From Phycisphaerae bacterium (lineage in GTDB: Bacteria > Planctomycetota > Phycisphaerae > UBA1845), in contig CAXXGO010000001.1 in NCBI GenBank assembly GCA_963666835.2, positions 1,024,001-1,088,000 on the forward strand: a stretch of 64,000 nucleotides of DNA, written 5' to 3'. Both the position numbers and the translations under genes were made by a program. Positions 1 to 8,300 of the stretch are shown one piece after another (within the stretch, counting starts at the first letter, position 1; the number at the start of each line of letters is the position of its first letter). The notes under the pieces are model-generated. The model was given only the letters and a program-made list of their open reading frames with translations. It was not told the DNA's origin and ran no database searches.

Positions 1-2
1 TG

Positions 3-200
3 GTGGGATGCATGGATGAGGCCGCCCTGGCGATCGCCGCCGGCCTGCATTTTGCGCTGTCTCGGCGAAACGTGGCTTACGCCGATCTGGACGGACATCT
101 TGACCTAATAGACGACCCATCTGTAGGAGCAGTAAACCTGCGTCATGGCGTTCTCTATCCGAACAAGGCCCCGGGACTGGGCTTTGACTTGCATCCGTAG
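3..200 (+). CDS. Dipeptide epimerase (L-Ala-D/L-Glu epimerase, enolase superfamily), C-terminal fragment; runs off the window start
   Basis: GCMDE...ADLDG...PGLG motifs typical of the AEE/MLE-family C-terminus. Confidence 0.8.
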   Translation: MGCMDEAALAIAAGLHFALSRRNVAYADLDGHLDLIDDPSVGAVNLRHGVLYPNKAPGLGFDLHP

Positions 201-323
201 GACGTGCGGCGCCGTGATCACAGGCCACGATCGCGTCTTGCAGTACTCCGCGTGCTTGCCACTACCCGTCCAACAGACGATGCGTAGCTACCATAGGGAC
301 TGCCTCGGTTTTCTGGGGTCACG

Positions 324-1379
324 GTGTCTGTCATGACGAGCCAAAGACGAAAACGTTCCGATCGCCTGCTGAGTGTTCTTAATGAGCATGACGAGACGAT
401 GGTCATTATGCACAACAACCCGGATCCGGACGCCATCGCCACGGGCTGGGCCATCGTCTTGCTCGTGGAGCGTCGATTGCACAAACCCGTGCGGTTGCTG
501 GGCCGCGGGCCGGTCCTGCGCGCCGAGAACGTTCAGCTCATCAAGTTGCTGCAACCGCCGATCGAGTTCGTCGACGAGATTAATCCGAACACGCGGACGG
601 CCACGGTGTTGGTTGACTGTTCACCCGCCTCGGTGAATCACCTGCTGGGCGGCGACAAGGCGCCGGTTGCGGTTATCGATCATCACGAGTCAAAGGGCGA
701 TGGCTTTCGGATTCCCTTCCGCGACCAGCGGCCGAAGGTCGCGGCTTCGGCGAGCATTGCCGCGCAGTACATGCGGGAACAGCGCCTCGAACCGACTTCC
801 GCTGTCGCCACTGCCCTCCTTTATGCCATTCGTACCGAGATGATCGGAGCACGGAAAGCACTATCCCGCGTGGATCATGCGGCCCTGCGGTGGCTCTCCG
901 GTTGCACAGCGTACGACGCCCTGTTCGAGATCGAAAACCCGCCGCTCCCGCGTTACTACTATGAGGAACTGCTGCTCGGCCTGGATAGCGTGCTTGTGTA
1001 TGCGGAGTCGGCGGTGTGTTTCCTGCCTCGAATCACCGCACCGGAGATTGTCGCGGAAATGGCGGACCTCCTCATCCGGTGTGATGGCCTCAGGTTCGTT
1101 CTTTGTGGGGCCAGGAATGGCGATGACTTCCTTATGTCTGCCAGATCCAAGGGCGAGGGAGACACCGCGCTGGCTTTGCTGAGCCATGTGCTGCAAGGGC
1201 TAGGCCATTTTGGGGGACACTTACATCGTGCCGGGGGGAAGATCTCCGTGCCGGGGTCCGGGATGGATTCTGACGCGCTGGAACAGGAGATTCGCACGCG
1301 ATGGCTGCATGCATGCGGCAGCACGACGCACCGAGGACAGCGGCTTGTGGGGCGCAAGGAGCTCATGAGGCGAGTCTAA
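324..1379 (+). CDS. DHH-family phosphoesterase (DHH/DHHA1, NrnA-like)
   Basis: HNNPDPDA, LVD, VIDHH and C-terminal GGH..RAGG motifs. Confidence 0.9.
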   Translation: MSVMTSQRRKRSDRLLSVLNEHDETMVIMHNNPDPDAIATGWAIVLLVERRLHKPVRLLGRGPVLRAENVQLIKLLQPPIEFVDEINPNTRTATVLVDCSPASVNHLLGGDKAPVAVIDHHESKGDGFRIPFRDQRPKVAASASIAAQYMREQRLEPTSAVATALLYAIRTEMIGARKALSRVDHAALRWLSGCTAYDALFEIENPPLPRYYYEELLLGLDSVLVYAESAVCFLPRITAPEIVAEMADLLIRCDGLRFVLCGARNGDDFLMSARSKGEGDTALALLSHVLQGLGHFGGHLHRAGGKISVPGSGMDSDALEQEIRTRWLHACGSTTHRGQRLVGRKELMRRV

Positions 1380-1510
1380 TCCAAACAGCAAGAACAAACC
1401 GTCAATCTCATTGTTGAGCAAAGTCGTTCGCGCCTCCCGGAACAGCAGAAGCACCGAGCACGAATGGCGGTGTCTTCAGCATTCTCGGAGTCCGCGGTTT
1501 CGAGCCATGC

Positions 1511-1864
1511 TCAATCTGCGGAATGCTGCCTTGCGACCACGAAGATGTAGCGCATCGGCGTGGTGCCCGTATTCCGCACATTGTGCCGCGTGTTCGGTGG
1601 GTTGTATGCCACGTGACCCGCAGCCAGCTGCGAAGTGCCAAGGCCTTCGGCGTCGATTTCACCATCCCCGTCCAAGCAGACGATCAACTCCTCGTGTGAT
1701 CCGGTCGTATGCTCGCCGCACTCATCACCGGGCGCCAGCGTTACCAGACCGGCGTGCATGGCCGGTGAGTTAGCGGGTGGAGCCAGAAGCGGCGCGTACG
1801 AACCGCCCTCGGGCAGCGGCAACACGAATGGCATCGCAGTATTTTCGCCGGTGCCGTCATTCAT
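1511..1864 (-). CDS. Cupin_2 domain protein
   Basis: GEHTTGSHEE...G...YNPPNTRHNVRNTG metal-binding cupin motifs; start overlaps the S-component stop. Confidence 0.88.
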   Translation of the reverse strand: MNDGTGENTAMPFVLPLPEGGSYAPLLAPPANSPAMHAGLVTLAPGDECGEHTTGSHEELIVCLDGDGEIDAEGLGTSQLAAGHVAYNPPNTRHNVRNTGTTPMRYIFVVARQHSAD

Positions 1865-2421
1865 ACGCTACGTCCCCCTGTCTTCGAACCGCGTTCGCGT
1901 GACACCCACCACCGTACGACAGGCGGAAGCAATGCGATCTGAGCGATGGCACAGGGCACACCCGGCCCGTAACTGGCAACGACGTGCGCCATAGAGCCCG
2001 CCATCACGCCACTGATTACAATGGCGACAATACGCCCGCAGACCAACGCCGCCGCCGTCGCGAGCCACACCGACCAGCCTGCCTTGCCGCGCAGCCAGCC
2101 GGCGGCGAGCCCGTAGATCCCGAGTTCAGCCATCATGATGAAGACGTAGGGCGCCGGTGGCATTCCGCTTGTCGCGAGGCTGATCGGTGGCGCGAGCAGA
2201 CCGACTACCAAACCCGCCGACGGGCCATAGGCGAGCCCCGCGAGAATGACCGGCCAGTGCATCGGGAGTAGCCAGTGGACGGGTGCACCAACGGCGTGGA
2301 AAACCGCCGGCAGGATAATGGTGGCCGCAATCAACGCTACCTGCAGCGAAACACCGCGAACGTTCAGCCACGACAGGGTCAACGCCGGCCGAGCCGGCTG
2401 CAGAATCGCTCCGCTTGTCAT
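1861..2421 (-). CDS. ECF transporter S component (solitary)
   Basis: About 6 TM helices; LP..FH...LLPMH.PV.LAG...GP..G...G...P..S....GMPP....M..EL..YG pattern; GGAG RBS before ATG at 2421. Confidence 0.8.
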   Translation of the reverse strand: MTSGAILQPARPALTLSWLNVRGVSLQVALIAATIILPAVFHAVGAPVHWLLPMHWPVILAGLAYGPSAGLVVGLLAPPISLATSGMPPAPYVFIMMAELGIYGLAAGWLRGKAGWSVWLATAAALVCGRIVAIVISGVMAGSMAHVVASYGPGVPCAIAQIALLPPVVRWWVSRERGSKTGGRSV

Positions 2422-2645
2422 TTTACGCACTCCAGCTTTCTGATCCTACGCGCGCCGCGGCACGAGATCGCACCGCGCTTTGTTCTCGTCGTCTTCACTC
2501 GATCGACTCCGTTCATGCCGAATCGCTCCGGCCTCGCATCTTCGATACGCGATAGCGCCACCCGCCGCCGGCGCTGCGTTCGATGACACAGGCCCGCCCG
2601 GCGCGTACAATCCGGCAATCCGGAGTACCAGCCGCCGGTCGGCTG

Positions 2646-2672
2646 GTATCACGAATGTAAATATCGTAACAC
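2646..2672. promoter_or_regulatory. Candidate NikR operator GTATCAC-N13-GTAACAC
   Basis: Imperfect inverted repeat (ggtatcacga...tcgtaacacc) with AT-rich spacer, in the divergent intergenic region upstream of nikR; resembles GTGTTAC-N13-GTAACAC-type NikR boxes. Confidence 0.7.
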
Positions 2673-2790
2673 CGCGAGCCCGGACCGGCAAGCCGGTGCC
2701 GTGCTGGTGCGGATTACCGGCGTTCGTTAGGCTGTGCGTGGTGAGGCGTCGGCCGAAACGGTGGACCGCCACGGAAAAGAGGGACGGACG

Positions 2791-3210
2791 ATGTCAGATC
2801 TGGTGCGTTTTAGCGTTTCGTTGGATGCGGGCCTGGCCAAGGAGCTGGAGCGCCTTGTTCGCGGCAGCCGCTACACGAATCGCTCCGAATTCGTGCGTGA
2901 CCTTATTCGGCAGCGGATCGTCCGGCAGGAGTGGGTCGATGCCCGCCGGCCGGTGGTCGCCACTATCACGCTCGTGTACGACCATCACCAGCGCGAACTG
3001 CTCGATCGCCTGGTCGAGATTCAGCATCACCACGCGGCCGAAGTTATGGCCACGACGCACGTGCATTTGTCGCACAAGATGTGTTCCGAGATGATTATGG
3101 TGCGGGGCAAGCCCGCTCGCGTTCAGCAACTTGCGGACGAACTGGGTAAACAGCGCGGTGTCTTACATGCGTCGCTGAGCATGGCGACGACGGGAGCGAA
3201 ATTGCGCTGA
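2791..3210 (+). CDS. nikR: Nickel-responsive regulator NikR
   Basis: RHH N-terminus (VRFSVSL...YTNRSE.VRDLIR) and Ni-binding domain (YDHH, QH, H.HL..CSE). Confidence 0.95.
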   Translation: MSDLVRFSVSLDAGLAKELERLVRGSRYTNRSEFVRDLIRQRIVRQEWVDARRPVVATITLVYDHHQRELLDRLVEIQHHHAAEVMATTHVHLSHKMCSEMIMVRGKPARVQQLADELGKQRGVLHASLSMATTGAKLR

Positions 3211-3225
3211 GTTGGGAGAAGTCAG

Positions 3226-4002
3226 ATGTCCGGCGGTAGACAGAACATGTATGGTGGCAGTGGTCGCATAAGCAGATTGTCCGGCCTGATTGTGGTTATC
3301 GTGGCTGCCAATTGCCTGACAGGTTGCCGGGCATCGGGGGCGAAACACCATACCCGTTGGCATGAGAGTCACTCAGATGTCACCAATGTGCCGGCTATTG
3401 TGTTCCATTGCGACCACGGCATGCTGGCCGGGAGCTACCCGGACGGCGTGGAGACGGTCGCGGTCGAGTTCGACGATGTCTGCGCCCAGTTGGGGCATGT
3501 GTGCCTGTGTGGCGCCGGAGGATTTCGCATCGCCCGCGAAGTCACGGAGACCCTGCGTTCCGACGGCCCGCTGCTCGAACGCGAGAGTTTCATCCTGATC
3601 AGCGGCCGCGATCACACGGTGAGCGACGTAATTGCGTTCGTTCTCGGCAGCACCCGCCGCGCGAATCCGGAGTACAACCAGTACTTCATTGACGATTCGA
3701 TAGTGGCGCCCCGGCGCGAGTATCATTACTACATCGGTTATCTGCCGGCCCGTACGGCGGTCCACGTTGTGTACCGTAAGCACCGGCTCATCGGCCACGA
3801 CGAAATGGACGAGCTGTGGAAGATCGAATTGGCGTTTGACCAAGACCCGGATTCGGTTCGCGCCGAGGACGTCGATCGCTACCGCAGGGCGATGCGCGGC
3901 ATGGTCAGGGATGTTCTCTTCGATCAGGTTCCCGGGTTGATCCTGGTTGAGCCCGTCAGTTACGATGACTTCCAGCGACGCCTGGATCGGCTGAAGCCAT
4001 AG
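3226..4002 (+). CDS. Exported (lipo)protein, FmdE-like, His/Cys-rich
   Basis: Signal peptide with LTGC lipobox; GHVCLCGAGGFR resembles the FmdE GH.CPG...G.R motif; 15 bp after nikR. Confidence 0.55.
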   Translation: MSGGRQNMYGGSGRISRLSGLIVVIVAANCLTGCRASGAKHHTRWHESHSDVTNVPAIVFHCDHGMLAGSYPDGVETVAVEFDDVCAQLGHVCLCGAGGFRIAREVTETLRSDGPLLERESFILISGRDHTVSDVIAFVLGSTRRANPEYNQYFIDDSIVAPRREYHYYIGYLPARTAVHVVYRKHRLIGHDEMDELWKIELAFDQDPDSVRAEDVDRYRRAMRGMVRDVLFDQVPGLILVEPVSYDDFQRRLDRLKP

Positions 4003-4100
4003 ACCGCCCCGTGCAAATGGTGCCGGGTAATGCCGCCACCGGGTGTCCGCGTGCAGGAGTAACTTCCGTGACACGACGCCGTGCTAGCACCAACTGGTAT

Positions 4101-5078
4101 ATGCTGGCGCACGAGGTCGAAACCGCCCTGCGGACCTGCGGCGGTGGATTCCCCAAGTCTGTGCGGATTGATGGGAAGCTCAATCGGCTCGAGGCCGGCC
4201 TGAGCCATCAAAACTACTGGTTTCGAATCAAAGCCGACAGGCCTTTGCCTGATGCTGAGGACACCGTCTACGTCTTACGCAAGCTTGCAGCGCGGCCCCT
4301 CGTCGTATCCAACGAGAAAGCGATTGCCCGTCTTGAAAGGGAAGCGCTGACTTTGCAGGCGTTGGCCTCGCACACATTCGATTTTTCGGTGCCCAGATTC
4401 GTTTGTTTTGTGCGTGATGCTCAGGAGTCGGTCACGGGATTGATCGAAACGGGGCTTCCGGGGCCCTCGCTCGAGTACCTCAGGAAGAACCGGGACAAGC
4501 ACGCGTTCCTTGTTGAAACCGTGGCCCGGATCGCAAGCGCTGTTCATCGCGTGCCGCCGAACACCCTCGACTTCCTTCCGCGCCGGCATGACAGCCGCGC
4601 TCACGTGCAGGCCAGGCTCGACGGCTTTTCTGCCGAGTTCATTACGCGAGATTCGGACGCCGCCGTGGTTGCCGATTGGGTGTGAGATCACCTGCCCGAG
4701 GATCGGCCGTCCGTGCTGCTTCACGGCGATCTGCTTCCGCAGAACATTCTCTGGGATTGGGAGACGAACGAATTGAGCGTGGTTGACTGGGAATACGCCG
4801 GCGTTGGCGACCCGGCTTACGATCTCGCAATCGTGACGCGCGGCTACGCCAAACCTCTCGGATGCCCGAAGGGGCTTTCGCGACTGGTTAATGCCTACCG
4901 CCAAGCCGGCGGGATGGCGATCGGCGTCGCGGATGTTGTCTGCCATGAGCTGCTCATGGTGCTGGGCTGGCTGGAGGAGTCTGTGCGGGCCGAGCGAGAG
5001 AAACGCCGCGAAGGGCACCCACCTTCCCAACGGAGAAACCAGATTCGAGCGATTCTCCGCCGGGCCAAGTCGTTGTGA
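4101..5078 (+). pseudogene. Aminoglycoside phosphotransferase (APH/choline kinase-like) family gene interrupted by an in-frame TGA at 4683-4685
   Basis: ORFs 4011-4685 and 4713-5078 are in the same frame; N-lobe (VLRK...REA..L...VPR) precedes the stop and HGDLLPQN / VVDWE / GDPAYDL follow it. Confidence 0.75.
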
Positions 5079-5301
5079 GTGCGGTTGGGATTGCCCTGAG
5101 CAGGTTCTGCCCTTGTTTCCAGACTGCATACGCGGGCGTCGCGTTGAACCTGCGATTTCAAGGCTCAATCCATGGGAGTGCGGGTATATCCGCGGCTGCC
5201 TTGCGACAACTCGAAATTTGTGCATTTGTGTTGTAATGCACTGCGAAATCAATTAATCTGGAGCTTGGGTCAGAACTTTGGTCTCTCGGAGGAGAACGAA
5301 G

Positions 5302-8300
5302 ATGTCGCGTCCTGGCACGTCCGCATTGATAATCTCGCTGGCTATCCTGTCTTCGGTAAGCGCCCAGACTGTGATCCATGTTGACATTGATGCTCCACCT
5401 GACGGAGATGGGACGTCCTGGACGACTGCCTACAACTCACTGTCCGCTGCTCTGGCGGCTGCGGAACCAGGCGATCAGATTTGGGTGGCGGCCGGGCGGT
5501 ATGTGGGGAGGATCAGGCTTGCGCTTGAGGTCCAGCTTTATGGCGGTTTCGCGGGCACGGAGACCGAGTTGGATCAGCGCGACTGGACGACCCACAAGAC
5601 CATCATCGATGGCGACAAACGCGGCAGCGTGGTCACCTCGCCCGTTGGCGCGGGCGAAACGACGCGGATCGACGGCTTCACGATCACGGGAGGTGGCGCC
5701 TTCTACGGGGGCGGGCTGCTCCTCGAAAGTTCCTCCCCGACTATCGCGAACAACACGATCACGGGAAACAGTGGCTGGCACGGCGGCGGGCTGTATCTGT
5801 CGAATTCCGATGCAACGATTGCGAACAACACGATCACGGAAAACACGGCTCTTAGAGACTGCTATGGTGGCGGCGGGTTGTACCTGTACGAGTCCTCGCC
5901 GGTGATCGCGAACAACACAATTACGGGCAACAGCGCAGCCGACTCCGGTGGCGGGCTGTTGCTCGAGAGTTCCTCCCCGACGATCGCGAACAACACGATC
6001 ACGGGCAACGGCGCCTGGAGCGGCGGCGGGCTGTATCTGCGGTCTTCCGCCCCGACGATCACGAACACTATCATCGCGTTGAACTCGTCCGGGGTCCACC
6101 TGGAAGACGACGAAAACACGCCGACTCTCCGGTACAACTGCGTCTACGGCAACGCCGCGTACGATTGGTATGGACTCCCGAACCCCACCGGGACCGATGG
6201 GAACATCTCGCAGGACCCGTTGCTTGCCGATGCACGGTATCGCAACGTACACATCCAGCCGGACTCGCCTTGCGTGGATGCCGGAAGCAACCCGGACGCC
6301 TACGGCAACCTCGATCTGGATGGAGAGCCCCGCATCCATCCGGTGGACGGAATCGTGGATATCGGAGCCGACGAGTCGGATGGTACGTTGTGGCCAACAG
6401 GGCCGTATGCCGTTGTGCGAGTGAGCTCCCTGGGGGACGACATCAACGACGGCTCGTCCTGGGCCCAGGCCAAATGCACGGTCCAGGCGGGAGTCGACGC
6501 GGCATCGGTGCTGGGTGGCGAGGTGTGGGTGCAGTCCGGTTCTTACGAGGAGAACATCACCCTACGCCCCTATGCCTACCTCTACGGAGGCTTCGCTGGT
6601 GACGAGGAGGTCCGGGACGAGCGGGATTGGGCTGCTAACGTCACAATACTAGACGGCCGGCAGCAGGATTCGGTCGTGGCCGCAAGAGCGGGCTACAATG
6701 TAAGTGCCATCGAGGGCTTCACGATCACGGGAGGTCGCGCCAATCACGGCGGCGGGCTGCACGTGTACGGTTCCTCCCCGACGATTGCGAACAATACCAT
6801 CGCGGGAAACACGGGCGGCGGGCTGTATCTGTGGTATTCCGATGCAACGATTGCGAACAACACGATCACGGGAAACAGGGGCTCCCATGGCGGCGGGCTG
6901 TATCTGTGGCATTCCGTTGCAACGATCGCGAACAACACGATTAGGGGCAACAGCGCAGCCGACTCCGGTGGCGGGCTGTTGCTCGAGAGTTCCTCCCCGA
7001 CGATCGCGAACAACACGATAACGGGCAACAACGCCTACAGCGGCGGCGGACTGCACCTCGAGGATTCGTTCCCGGCGATCGCGAACACGATCATAGCGTT
7101 CAACTCGTCCGGGGTTTACCTGGACGATACAAGCGCGCCGACCCTCTGGCACAACTGCGTCTACGGCAACCCCGGGTACGATTACGATGGTCTCTCGGAC
7201 CCCACCGGGACCGGCGGCAACATCTCCCAAGACCCGTTGCTTGCCGATGCCCGGTATGGCAACGTACACATCCAGCCGGGCTCGCCTTGCGTGGATGCCG
7301 GAAGCAACCCGGACGCCTACGGTGATTTCGATGTGGATGGCGAGCCCCGCATCCATCCGGTGGACGGAATCGTGGACATCGGGGCCGACGAGTCGGATGG
7401 TACGTTGTGGCCAACGGGGCCGTATACCGTTGTACGGGTGAGCCCCCTGGGAGACGACATCAACGACGGCTCGTCCTGGACCCTGGCCAAATGCACGGTC
7501 CAGGCGGCAGTCGACGCGGCATCGGTACTCGGTGGCGACGTGTGGGTGCAGTCCGGTTCCTACGAGGAGAACATCACCCTGCAACCCTATGCCTACCTCT
7601 ATGGAGGCTTCGCCGGGAACGAAGAGGTTAGGGACGAGCGGGACTGGGTTGCCAACGCTACGATTCTCGACGGCCGGCAGCAAGGTTGGGTCGTGACGGC
7701 AGAAGCGGGCCACCATGTAAGCGCCATCGACGGCTTCACGATTACGGGAGGTGGCGCCATGTACTCGTACGGCGGCGGGCTGCGGCTGGTGTCTTCCTCC
7801 CCGACAATCGCGAACAACACGATAACGGGAAACAGCGCCGTCTTCGGCGGCGGGCTGTACCTGTTGTCTTCCTCCCCAACGATCGCGAACAACACGATTA
7901 CGGGCAACAATTCATCCGACGAGGGCGGCGGGCTGTTCCTCGAGAGTTCCTCCCCGACCATCGCGAACAACACGATCACGGGAAACGCCTCTAGATATAG
8001 ATCTGGCGGCGGGCTGTACCTGTTGTCTTCCTCCCCGACGATCGCGAACAACACGATCACGGGAAACAGTGCCGAACGCGGCGGCGGGCTGTATCTCCGG
8101 GATTCCTTCCCGACGATCGCGAACAACACGATAACGGGAAACCGTTCATCCGGCTGCGGCGGCGGACTGTATCTGTGGTCTTCCTCCCCGACGACTGCGA
8201 ACAACACGATCACGAGCAACAGCGCGGTCAACGGCGGCGGGCTGTACCTTTACAACGGTTCCTCCCCGATGATCGCGAACACGATCATCGCGCTCAACTC

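Noticed and set aside
2422..2640. Riboswitch upstream of the ECF S component
   Set aside because: No TPP, FMN, cobalamin or NiCo consensus recognisable by eye; needs an Rfam search
4683..4685. Selenocysteine or alternative genetic code
   Set aside because: Non-catalytic position, no evident SECIS, and TGA terminates many genes in the window
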